Program-made: the position numbers and the translations under genes
Source: a virus
Reading direction: 5' to 3' (one strand)
DNA: 64,000 nucleotides
IMG/VR virus record: IMGVR_UViG_3300008952_002784
Span: 64,001 to 128,000 of that record
Notes under the pieces: generated by a model
Database searches by the model: none
What the model saw: only the letters and a program-made list of their open reading frames with translations
Told to the model about the DNA's origin: nothing
Part shown: positions 47,575-56,188 of the stretch, one piece after another
Position numbering within the stretch: the first letter of the stretch is position 1
Layout: each line of letters begins with the position of its first letter

Positions 47575-49263
47575 ATGAGTCAAACTATTTACCATGAAGC
47601 GATCGCTGACGCTCGAAAGCTCAGAGAGATGGCAGAGCAAAGTGCTAAAAATAAAATAATTGATGCGGTATCACCTCGCATACGTGAGCTAATTGAAATG
47701 CAACTGTTGGGCGAGGATTCTCACAATGATGTGTCAATGGATAATGAAGACGTTGTTGTCGACTTAGATACACTGTCTGGTGAGAATTATGAAGATGAAG
47801 AAATGTCAACTTATGAAATGACTGGAGACGACTCTGAAACTGCAGTAAAAGTAAGTCCGGACGGAGGCATTTCAGTTGATGTAGGCGATATATCTATTGA
47901 AGTTCAGGCCGGCGAAGAAGACGAAGATGATCTTATTCTTGGTCAAGAAATTGCTGAAGCCCTCGCAAATATTGTAAAAACGCGAGGTAAAAGTACACAA
48001 TTAACTGAGAATGTTGATTCTCTAGAACGTAGGTGGTCACTTTTACGTAGAGGATATCCTGTTGCACGACAGAGTGGAACAATATCTCAGAAGAAAAAAG
48101 TAGCAAAGATTTTTGAATCTCTCGCACGTGAAGCAGTAACTTTACGCCGCGAAGTGATACTTACTGAGCATAGACAAGGCTTACAAGCCTTGGATAAAAC
48201 ACGCATTGATCTTATCATTAAGGAGATGAAAAAAATGGCAGGGCGAAACAATAAAGATATCTTCGATTACTTATTCGAAGATGATTCAGCAGATAAGACA
48301 TCTGCCAAAGACATGGACGAAATGTCAGTATTCCTCGAGGAAGACGAGGAAGTCTTTGATGATGAGATAGCAGATGAAGAAGAAGTATCTGACGAAGAAG
48401 AAGACGTCGACGTTGATGCTGCTACGTCTGCTATTGAAGATCTAGGGTTAGCACTTGGTCTAGACGTTGTCGTCGGAGGCGAGGGTGAGGAATCCGATAT
48501 GCCTGACGAAGAAGTCCTAGATTTGGGAGGGGAGGAAGAAGACCCCATGGAAGAAACATATGAAATTGATGAGTCTGCTCTTCGAAGTGCACTGCGCAAA
48601 ATGAGAAATCGAAGACTAAATGAAAACGACCCGGTCGATGGTTCAGGTGACACTTCTTTTGGCGGCGGATCTGCTGAAGATGAAATGTTTATTGATGTCG
48701 ACGAAGACGATTTGCTTAACGCCCTAGCAGATGAGCTTGGTGACGTATCAATGCCAACTGCTGGTGCAAGTCAACCTCCCGGTGGAGACGCAATGCCAGA
48801 GTCTTTCCGCAGAAGACGTCGCATGCAATCCAGACGAAGGCGAACACAAGGATCTCGTAGTCGTGTATCCGAAAGTCGTCAGACGCGTGACATGAAAAGA
48901 AACTTAGCTGAGCACAAACTCGCCGTATCTGCTCTTAAGGGGCAGCTCACTGAGATGAATCTTTTCAACGCAAAACTACTTTACGCGAATAAGCTTATGC
49001 AAAATCGCAATCTTACAGCCAAACAACAAAGAGCAATTGTCGAAGCCCTAGATAATGCCAAGACGCTCAGAGAAGCTAAGCTGTTGTACAAGAGCCTGAC
49101 AACGTCACTAGATAAAGGTGCTAATAAAAAGAGCCTAAGTGAAGGTGCGTCTAGACGGCTTGTCGGATCATCCTCCAGATCAACCCGGTCGGGCTCTCCC
49201 GCCAATAGTGGGGCTGAGGTGGATAGATGGGCAGTTCTTGCTGGTCTCAACAAGGACAATTAA
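47575..49263 (+). CDS. Prohead scaffold/core protein (T4 gp22-like role)
   Basis: Directly upstream of the major capsid gene; highly acidic low-complexity centre; C-terminal EMNLFNAKLLYANKL...LDNAKTLREAKLLY...RWAVLAGL. Confidence 0.75.
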   Translation: MSQTIYHEAIADARKLREMAEQSAKNKIIDAVSPRIRELIEMQLLGEDSHNDVSMDNEDVVVDLDTLSGENYEDEEMSTYEMTGDDSETAVKVSPDGGISVDVGDISIEVQAGEEDEDDLILGQEIAEALANIVKTRGKSTQLTENVDSLERRWSLLRRGYPVARQSGTISQKKKVAKIFESLAREAVTLRREVILTEHRQGLQALDKTRIDLIIKEMKKMAGRNNKDIFDYLFEDDSADKTSAKDMDEMSVFLEEDEEVFDDEIADEEEVSDEEEDVDVDAATSAIEDLGLALGLDVVVGGEGEESDMPDEEVLDLGGEEEDPMEETYEIDESALRSALRKMRNRRLNENDPVDGSGDTSFGGGSAEDEMFIDVDEDDLLNALADELGDVSMPTAGASQPPGGDAMPESFRRRRRMQSRRRRTQGSRSRVSESRQTRDMKRNLAEHKLAVSALKGQLTEMNLFNAKLLYANKLMQNRNLTAKQQRAIVEALDNAKTLREAKLLYKSLTTSLDKGANKKSLSEGASRRLVGSSSRSTRSGSPANSGAEVDRWAVLAGLNKDN

Positions 49264-49309
49264 TCTAAACCTCAACTAAACAATTTAAGCTTATTAGGAG
49301 AAATACAAA

Positions 49310-51175
49310 ATGAGCAAAAGCTTTTCACTAGATCAACTTACTGAAGGGATTCGCCAGCGCCACCTGGGATCTCAAAATCGTAGGTTGATAGAAAAATGGG
49401 CCCGTACGGGTCTTCTTCGTGGCCTCGAGGGTGTACATCGTGAAAACATGTCACGCATGCTCGAGAATCAGGCAGCGCAAGTCCTTAAGGAAGCTTCCTC
49501 ACTCTCTACGGGTGGAGGTGCACTTGCTACCTCTGGCGACCTACGCGGTTTCACAAACATCGCATTCCCACTTGTACGTCGTGTTTTCGGCGGACTAGTT
49601 GCAAATGAGTTGGTATCAATTCAGCCGATGAGTCTTCCTTCGGGGCTTCTTTTCTATCTGGACTATACGTACGGATCTGAAGAAACGAACATAAGCGACG
49701 TTTCAGACGGTGTATCTATTTACCCATCTGGATCATCTATCTATAACAGCCCAACTGGTAAGGGTGTCCGTTCTGGTTCACTTGCAGTTGGTGGTCAGTA
49801 TGATCTAGCTGGTGTAGGATTCTCTAGAGTTCATGAAAATGTCGCCGGCGTTACACTTAGTGCTTCTGGTGCTATGGGTGGAACATCTAAGCAGATTTAT
49901 TCTGTTGCTAAGGTGATGACAACATCAGGTTCAGATGGAAGACTTCTTCAATTCGATCCTCAAATCACTAGCGATATTGAAGATGGAACAGGACGTTATT
50001 CACTAGCAATTGTTGACTTAACTACTGGATTTGGTAATGCAGATCTTAGTCTGGTCAAAGAGTTTGCTTTGCATCTTAACGGTGGCTCAAGCGCGGGTGT
50101 CAAGAATGTGCGTGCTGGTGTCCAAGATGGTAACAACATTGTAAATGTTAGACGTTTGAATCAGCTGGGTACATTTGCTAGTAGCAAGTTTACTTCTGAT
50201 CCTTTAGTTACGACTGCTACAGCCAATGCAGCAATGCTAATGGTTGTTTCTGGTGTTGTTACAACTACAGACAATGGTAACTTAGATGTGATTATACCAC
50301 AGTCTCCATCTCTTAGCACTGCTGATGATGGATCAACTTTGACTATACCATCATTTGAGTCTAACTTTGGTGCAACTCCGAGTCCGTCTATTCCAGAGAT
50401 TGATATCAAGATTGAGTCTATCGCTGTTACGGCTGCAACTCGTAAGTTACGTGCCAAGTGGTCCCCAGAGCTTGCTCAGGATCTGAATGCTTATCACAGC
50501 CTTGACGCTGAGGTTGAGCTAACCCAGATTCTTTCTGAGCAGATTGCTCTAGAGCTTGATCGGGAAATTCTCAATGACCTTCTTACACAAGCCAACGGTG
50601 CTAACCTTTATTGGTCACGTGCTCCCGGACGCTTTGTACATAAGGAGACAGGTGCTATTCAGTCTAGAGGCTCAACACTTGAACCAGGCCCAGCTTTCAC
50701 TGGTACAGTTCGTGAGTGGTATGAGACGCTAATTGAAACAGTCATTGACGTTGCAAACACGATTCATCGTAAGACCCTTCGTGGTTCTGCAAACTTTATC
50801 GTTGTAAGTCCTGACGTCGCAACTATCTTAGAAGCTTCGGTTTTCTATCGTCCATCTTATAGCCTTGATGGTGATGGTCAGGTAAGTGGTCCGATGACTC
50901 TGGGTGCTGAGAAGGTTGGTACTTTGAGCAACCGTTTCACAGTCTATAAAGATCCTTACTTCCCACGCAACAAGATTCTTGTTGGTTATAAGGGCGGTAG
51001 TTATCTTGAGACTGGTTATGTATATGCTCCTTACGTTCCACTTATTGTTACTCCTACGATATTCGCGCCTGAGGATTTCACTCCTCGCAAAGGTGTAATG
51101 ACTCGTTACGGTAAGAAAATGGTTCGTAGTGACTTCTACGGTACAGTTACAGTTCTGGACTTGAATATCATCTAA
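49310..51175 (+). CDS. Major capsid protein (T4 gp23-like)
   Basis: LENQ, AFPLVRRVFGGLVANELVSIQPMSLPSGLLFYLDY, TRKLRAKWSPELAQDLNAYHSLDAEVELT, GYVYAPYVPL and PRKGVMTRYG; strong AGGAG RBS. Confidence 0.97.
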   Translation: MSKSFSLDQLTEGIRQRHLGSQNRRLIEKWARTGLLRGLEGVHRENMSRMLENQAAQVLKEASSLSTGGGALATSGDLRGFTNIAFPLVRRVFGGLVANELVSIQPMSLPSGLLFYLDYTYGSEETNISDVSDGVSIYPSGSSIYNSPTGKGVRSGSLAVGGQYDLAGVGFSRVHENVAGVTLSASGAMGGTSKQIYSVAKVMTTSGSDGRLLQFDPQITSDIEDGTGRYSLAIVDLTTGFGNADLSLVKEFALHLNGGSSAGVKNVRAGVQDGNNIVNVRRLNQLGTFASSKFTSDPLVTTATANAAMLMVVSGVVTTTDNGNLDVIIPQSPSLSTADDGSTLTIPSFESNFGATPSPSIPEIDIKIESIAVTAATRKLRAKWSPELAQDLNAYHSLDAEVELTQILSEQIALELDREILNDLLTQANGANLYWSRAPGRFVHKETGAIQSRGSTLEPGPAFTGTVREWYETLIETVIDVANTIHRKTLRGSANFIVVSPDVATILEASVFYRPSYSLDGDGQVSGPMTLGAEKVGTLSNRFTVYKDPYFPRNKILVGYKGGSYLETGYVYAPYVPLIVTPTIFAPEDFTPRKGVMTRYGKKMVRSDFYGTVTVLDLNII

Positions 51176-51196
51176 AGGATACTCATTTTCACTTGT

Positions 51197-51227
51197 AAGG
51201 GCTGCCCTTCGGGGCAGCCCTTTTTTT
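51197..51227 (+). terminator. Rho-independent terminator after major capsid gene
   Basis: AAGGGCTGCCC-TTCG-GGGCAGCCCTT followed by a T-run; cUUCGg tetraloop. Confidence 0.93.
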
Positions 51228-51245
51228 CACTTAAATTATGATTAT

Positions 51246-51274
51246 TTTACATATACACCGCAAAAGGGTATAAT
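51246..51274 (+). promoter_or_regulatory. Sigma70-type promoter for the homing endonuclease (probably leaderless mRNA)
   Basis: TTTACA(51246-51251)-17 nt-TATAAT(51269-51274). The ATG is at 51280, with no SD sequence. Confidence 0.65.
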
Positions 51275-51279
51275 AACAT

Positions 51280-52695
51280 ATGATATGCAAAATATGTAGC
51301 TATGAGTCATGTGGAAAAGATTTTTCAAACCATCTTCAAAGAGAGCATAAACTTAGATCGAAAGAGTACACAGCTAAGCACATTTATAAATTTCAACCGA
51401 TATGTGAGCACTGCGGAAAAGAAACACGTTACGTAGCATTTCGTTTTAAGCGATTCTGCAAAGATTGTTCAAAAATAGCTTCATCTATAGGGGGCAAGTC
51501 CGGCGGAAAAGCGCCTGCTTGGAATAAAGGCTTGACAAAAGAAACTGATGAAAGAATCAAAAGACAAGCAGAGAAAAATATAGGTAAAGGTAATCCATTC
51601 CATGGAAGAGTTCACACGATTGAAACACGTACACAGATAAGTAAAACAAAAGTCCTCAATAGAATAACTGTTCAGCAACGGATCAATGAGCGATCAGGTG
51701 ATTTTGAGCTAGTAACTGATCTTGATGAATACTATTCGAGGCAAAAACAATATTTAGAGTTTAGATGTAAAAAATGCAATACAGTTTCTGATAAAACATT
51801 GCAAGCATTTGAAAGAGGATCATTATGTCCGATTTGTTATCCACCCAGTAGATCACAATTTGAAATAGAGATAAATGATTTTATTAGATCGCTAGGAATA
51901 AAGACAAAGACTAACGATAGGTCAGTTATCGGACCAAAAGAACTAGACATAGTAATACAAGGTAAGGATCTTGCAATAGAGGCAAATGGTTTGTATTGGC
52001 ACTCAGAAAATGCTAGAAGTGTTAATCATGACAAGTATCGCCATATAAGCAAAACATTAGAATGTCTATCACAAAGCTATAGATTAGTCCACATATTCAG
52101 TGACGAATGGAGTAATAAGGAAGATATTTGCAAATCAATGATTGCTAATAGGTTGGGTATGCCGAATATCAGGATTCACGGAAGAAAATGCCAGATAAAA
52201 GAAATTACAAAGTATCAAGAAAAAACGTTCTTCGACAAAACGCATATTTCAGGTTTTGTACCCTCTAGAAAGTGTTTTGCACTATTTTATGATGGAAAAA
52301 TCGTTGCAGCAATTTCGCTAAGAGTGCCAAGACAAAAAAAATATAAAGGTATGCTAGAGATAGCAAGATACTCTTCTGAGCTAAATCATCAAGTGATGGG
52401 AGGCTTGGGGAAGCTATTGTCTAAATCTATAGATTATGCTAGAAAAAATAATCATACCGGTATTTTGACATATTCTGATCGTCGATTTGGAGAAGGGGAC
52501 GGGTATTTGAAATGTGGGTTTGAGCACTCAGGAACTACAGGACTAGACTATTGGTATACTGACGGACAAATAAGAGTAGATAGATTTACACTAAAAACAT
52601 CAGATGGAAAAACAGAAAAACAAAGAATGTATGAGAACAAGCTGATGAAAATTTATGGATGCGGAAGCAACATATTTATAAAACTATTGACATAA
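51280..52695 (+). CDS. Free-standing homing endonuclease, Hef-like (Zn fingers + NUMOD3-like + Vsr/EDxHD-type nuclease + GNAT/Mom-like C-terminal domain)
   Basis: CKIC..H...H, CEHC..CKDC and CKKC..CPIC zinc motifs; GNPFHGRVHTIETRTQIS; SQFEIE...ELDIV...AIEANGLYWHS; C-terminal EIARY...GGLGKLL...TYSDRRF...Y..CGF. Confidence 0.75.
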   Translation: MICKICSYESCGKDFSNHLQREHKLRSKEYTAKHIYKFQPICEHCGKETRYVAFRFKRFCKDCSKIASSIGGKSGGKAPAWNKGLTKETDERIKRQAEKNIGKGNPFHGRVHTIETRTQISKTKVLNRITVQQRINERSGDFELVTDLDEYYSRQKQYLEFRCKKCNTVSDKTLQAFERGSLCPICYPPSRSQFEIEINDFIRSLGIKTKTNDRSVIGPKELDIVIQGKDLAIEANGLYWHSENARSVNHDKYRHISKTLECLSQSYRLVHIFSDEWSNKEDICKSMIANRLGMPNIRIHGRKCQIKEITKYQEKTFFDKTHISGFVPSRKCFALFYDGKIVAAISLRVPRQKKYKGMLEIARYSSELNHQVMGGLGKLLSKSIDYARKNNHTGILTYSDRRFGEGDGYLKCGFEHSGTTGLDYWYTDGQIRVDRFTLKTSDGKTEKQRMYENKLMKIYGCGSNIFIKLLT

Positions 52696-52742
52696 ACAAA
52701 TAGCAAAACAGGCGTAGTGTTATTCAAACATAGGAGATTATT

Positions 52743-52973
52743 ATGGACGAACAACAGGCACAACAAGCAGATGAAACCGGACAACAAGTAACTCGCGAGC
52801 AATTGCAGCGCTGGGGAGTTTCTGTTTTAGTAAGTGCAGCAAAAATGTCACAGCAACGAGGTGTATTCTCATTAGAAGAAGCTGCTCTAGTAAGTAAGGC
52901 TGTCAACATATTTGCACCATCTGCCCCAGAAGTTCAAGACGAAGAAGCTTCGAGTGAAGAAGACAAAGAATAA
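52743..52973 (+). CDS. Small hypothetical protein
   Basis: 76 aa with AGGAG RBS; motif QQRGVFSLEEA. Confidence 0.65.
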   Translation: MDEQQAQQADETGQQVTREQLQRWGVSVLVSAAKMSQQRGVFSLEEAALVSKAVNIFAPSAPEVQDEEASSEEDKE

Positions 52974-53007
52974 TAGACAAACTTGGTTATAAGTTTAGCT
53001 GAGCGAG

Positions 53008-53015
53008 ATATTTAT
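53008..53015 (+). promoter_or_regulatory. Putative late promoter motif (ATATTTAT)
   Basis: Recurrent motif upstream of 53091. Confidence 0.55.
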
Positions 53016-53023
53016 CATCAAGC

Positions 53024-53083
53024 CCGATTCATTTAATCAGCTGACACTACCAGTGAATCGGAAGCATGTAGACAAATAAGGAG
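53024..53083 (+). ncRNA. Candidate structured 5' leader (hairpin/H-type pseudoknot)
   Basis: CCGATTCA(53024-31) pairs perfectly with TGAATCGG(53054-61). Loop CTAC(53047-50) can pair with GTAG(53068-71), just upstream of the SD. Confidence 0.4.
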
Positions 53084-53090
53084 AAAGATT

Positions 53091-53570
53091 ATGCCTAAGG
53101 TGACAATTACAGACAGAAAAGGAATAGTTCAGACAACGGGAGGTTCAGTTGTTGTTGAAAATAATGTACATTTTCGACCAGACTCAGCTCCCGCAATGAC
53201 AGTAAAATATGCTGCTCCAGCAGCAGCCATTGGAACAGGTGCAGTAACACTTACAATTGCACAGATTCTGACGGGAATTCTTGAAGAGGATCCTGAGGGC
53301 GCTGTTACGTGGACTCTTCCTACAAATGCTCTTCTTCGAGCAGGACTAAATGATCCACAAACAGGAGACACACTTGATTTCTGTGTGATCAATAATGCTA
53401 CATCTACTGTAGATGAGCCAATCACAATTGCTGTCGGCGCAGGTGGTACTGCTGTTGGTAATATGATTGTTGAAGCTGCTATGGTCGCCGGCGAAGTTAA
53501 TTCCGGAAGTGGACTATTCAGAGTAAGACTTACATCTGCTACAGCATATTCGTGCTATAGACTTGCATAA
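53091..53570 (+). CDS. Probable capsid decoration/head-associated protein
   Basis: 159 aa, Ala/Thr/Val beta-rich (VTWTLPT...GDTLDFCVIN). Has its own upstream motif, a strong TAAGGAG RBS and its own terminator, as expected for an abundant virion protein. Confidence 0.5.
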   Translation: MPKVTITDRKGIVQTTGGSVVVENNVHFRPDSAPAMTVKYAAPAAAIGTGAVTLTIAQILTGILEEDPEGAVTWTLPTNALLRAGLNDPQTGDTLDFCVINNATSTVDEPITIAVGAGGTAVGNMIVEAAMVAGEVNSGSGLFRVRLTSATAYSCYRLA

Positions 53571-53623
53571 AGAAGTAGTGTAATATTTTAAAATTTAGCT
53601 AAGCAGCTTTATTTTATCTAAGG

Positions 53624-53651
53624 AAGGCAGGGGAAACCCTGCCTTTTTTTT
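53624..53651 (+). terminator. Rho-independent terminator
   Basis: AAGGCAGGG-GAAA-CCCTGCCTT followed by a T-run. Confidence 0.92.
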
Positions 53652-53699
53652 ATTTCTACCGGTGGATTAATTGAGGTTGTAAATAGATATTTATGAATA

Positions 53700-53927
53700 A
53701 TGTCAAGGAAAACATCATTTGAGAATTTGAAAAACTTACGAGATCAATTGATTTCGAGAGAAAGCAAATTAGCAATTGACAATAAAACGATGTTGTCGCT
53801 TTTGTCATGTGTTAAGTTAGTTCATAAAGACTTATCGAAAGATAAGCCCGATATTCAATCAGCAATTGATCGTCTAGACGAGTTGCTTGCTACTGCGAGT
53901 ATTAAGAAATATAGCGGAGCACAATAA
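53700..53927 (+). CDS. Small hypothetical protein
   Basis: 75-aa ORF just after an ATATTTAT motif. Confidence 0.5.
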   Translation: MSRKTSFENLKNLRDQLISRESKLAIDNKTMLSLLSCVKLVHKDLSKDKPDIQSAIDRLDELLATASIKKYSGAQ

Positions 53928-53929
53928 AA

Positions 53930-54262
53930 ATGACAGAAGTAGATAGTAACAACAATTGGAGTGAATATTCTCGGCTAGTTTTAAAAGAATTAGAAACACT
54001 AGCATCAAGTATTCAAGCCCTAAATACAGAGATCCAAGATCTTAAGCAAGAAATTGCTAGAATGCGTGAAAGGGAAGATCGAGTTGAAGAGCTCAGAGCT
54101 TGGAAAGATAAAATCGATGAAGTAGTGTCACCCACACAAATGCAGGGATATGTCAATGATATAGAAGAGCTTAAGGCGTTTCGAACGAGGGCAATTACCA
54201 TATTCGCAGTTGTTCAGTTTGGAATGGCATCATCGATGTGGATGATGAAGATGTTCATGTAG
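53930..54262 (+). CDS. Coiled-coil protein with C-terminal hydrophobic segment (possibly membrane/lysis-related)
   Basis: 110 aa; heptad LETLASSIQALNTEIQDLKQEI; C-terminal AITIFAVVQFGMASSMWMM. Confidence 0.55.
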   Translation: MTEVDSNNNWSEYSRLVLKELETLASSIQALNTEIQDLKQEIARMREREDRVEELRAWKDKIDEVVSPTQMQGYVNDIEELKAFRTRAITIFAVVQFGMASSMWMMKMFM

Positions 54263-54283
54263 TACTCAGTTGGTTTGAGACGT

Positions 54284-54291
54284 ATATTTAT
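54284..54291 (+). promoter_or_regulatory. Putative late promoter motif (ATATTTAT) upstream of neck genes
   Basis: Recurrent motif in the intergenic gap. Confidence 0.55.
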
Positions 54292-54324
54292 TAGATGACT
54301 AAACCGCATCGGGAGATTTAAGCT

Positions 54325-55497
54325 ATGAGTACATTTGCCAACACACTAAGCCCGACACCTTTTGGGTTTTTTGATCAAGAGGGGTCATTCCAGACAGAAG
54401 CTGACTCTATGATTACGTTTGTCAAGCGAAAGTTGGGTGATGACATACTCAGTGTCGAGCTTACCAAAAAACAGATTTGGTCGTGCTTCGAAGAGGCATT
54501 CTTAGAGTATGGATCGATAATAAACCAGTATCAGGCAAAGTCACAGTTGGCAAATCTTTTAGGCGCTGCTACAGGTTCTTTATTGTCAGGTAGTGAACAA
54601 AAATATCCCAGAGAAAATCTAGAATTCATGCTACGTCGCGGTGAGCCTTATTCTATGGAAGCTGGTTTGGGTGGGTCATATAACTCGGTATCCGGATCTA
54701 TATCATTGACAAAAGATGTGCAAGATTACGATATATACAGCACGCTTAAAGACTCATCAGGAAATTTGATATTCTCTAGCAGTAAAAACTCGCCAAGGAC
54801 AAAAATGAGAGTAATGGAAGTGATGCATTATTCACCTCAAGCTGCTTATAGATTTTTTGATACGACTAGTGCAGTCAACTATCTCAATAATGAGTTTTCA
54901 TTTGAGTCATTTACCCCAGAAACAGCGTTCTATGTTTTGCCCGTATTTGAAGACGTTCTTAGGGCTGGCATGCTATCAATGTCATCCCGCGTAAGAAGAT
55001 CACACTATAGTTATAAAATTGTAGGAACAAATATTCGAATATTTCCGAAGCCCACGCAGGAAAATCCCAAGAGTCTGTGGATTCGTGTATCATACTCTCC
55101 TGACCCCATGAACCCGGCCTTTCAAGACGATAGTATATACGGTGTAAGTAATCTTTCAAATGTCCCCTACGGTAACCTCATGTTCTCTAGGATAAACTCT
55201 ATAGGGCGCCAGTGGGTTAGGCAATACACACTATCGTTAAGCAAAGAATTGTTGGGTATGGTTCGATCAAAATTCAGCACTGTTCCAATTCCTGGCGGAG
55301 AATTGTCACTAAATGGAAATGATTTGATAACTAGTGCACGATCTGAATTGGAGACATTACAGACACAGCTTCGTGATATGCTTGAGGATCTTACATATTC
55401 TAAAATGCTAGAAGACGAAGCAGCTGCAACAGAAAACTTGCAACGAATTCTTAGAAACATTCCAATTCCTAATGGGAAATCAATAATCATGGGCTAG
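54325..55497 (+). CDS. Neck protein / head-tail adaptor (T4 gp13-like)
   Basis: FVKRKLGDDILSVELTKKQI, QWVRQYTLSLSKELLGMVRSKF and PGGELSLNG are gp13-like. Confidence 0.85.
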   Translation: MSTFANTLSPTPFGFFDQEGSFQTEADSMITFVKRKLGDDILSVELTKKQIWSCFEEAFLEYGSIINQYQAKSQLANLLGAATGSLLSGSEQKYPRENLEFMLRRGEPYSMEAGLGGSYNSVSGSISLTKDVQDYDIYSTLKDSSGNLIFSSSKNSPRTKMRVMEVMHYSPQAAYRFFDTTSAVNYLNNEFSFESFTPETAFYVLPVFEDVLRAGMLSMSSRVRRSHYSYKIVGTNIRIFPKPTQENPKSLWIRVSYSPDPMNPAFQDDSIYGVSNLSNVPYGNLMFSRINSIGRQWVRQYTLSLSKELLGMVRSKFSTVPIPGGELSLNGNDLITSARSELETLQTQLRDMLEDLTYSKMLEDEAAATENLQRILRNIPIPNGKSIIMG

Positions 55498-55506
55498 GAG
55501 TGAATT

Positions 55507-56175
55507 ATGGCAAGACTATTTATAACGCCTCGTGAAGTTGATTTTATATCTGACCTTACTAAGGAAATTACTAAAGATGTAATAGGACAAAAGATATACT
55601 ATTATAAAGTTAGAGAAGATCTTACTAGTGTGCATGACATATACGAAGAAGCTATAGATAAAATATTTGATAGACCCATCGAAATCGAAGCGCTAATTGA
55701 ATGGGAACCTGCAGAGTTTAGAACAAATAGATTTGGTGCTGAAGAATACTCTACAATATCAGTATATATTCATGCTCGAGATATGCTAGACAGAGAAATA
55801 ACACTCAGAGACGGTGATTATTTTAGCTATGGTACAGTATTTTTTGAGATAACATCTATTATTGTTGACAAGCAGATACATGGCCAAATTGAACACAAAA
55901 CCGGTTATAAGGTAATCGGCAAACAAGCACGACAGGGACAAATTGATGTAATGCCTAACGGGCCGACTGATGAGGAGTATACAGATGAGGGTTCTGTACA
56001 GGAAGAATTCGTGCAACAGCGAGGATTTGAGAAAAATCGATTAGGTGAAACAGGAGATAAGCGCCAGCTTCAAGAAGATGGAAAGCTTACATCACCAATT
56101 TCTGAGCCGGCAGAAATTTCTGAAAAAGGAGATGACTCTGGAATTAATTCATCATTCTACGGAGACAATTCTTAG
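55507..56175 (+). CDS. Neck/head closure protein (T4 gp14-like)
   Basis: Follows the gp13-like gene; VIGQKIYYY...DIYEEA..K.F..PIEI and GDYF...FFEI. Confidence 0.7.
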   Translation: MARLFITPREVDFISDLTKEITKDVIGQKIYYYKVREDLTSVHDIYEEAIDKIFDRPIEIEALIEWEPAEFRTNRFGAEEYSTISVYIHARDMLDREITLRDGDYFSYGTVFFEITSIIVDKQIHGQIEHKTGYKVIGKQARQGQIDVMPNGPTDEEYTDEGSVQEEFVQQRGFEKNRLGETGDKRQLQEDGKLTSPISEPAEISEKGDDSGINSSFYGDNS

Positions 56176-56188
56176 TAGGTAATATATT

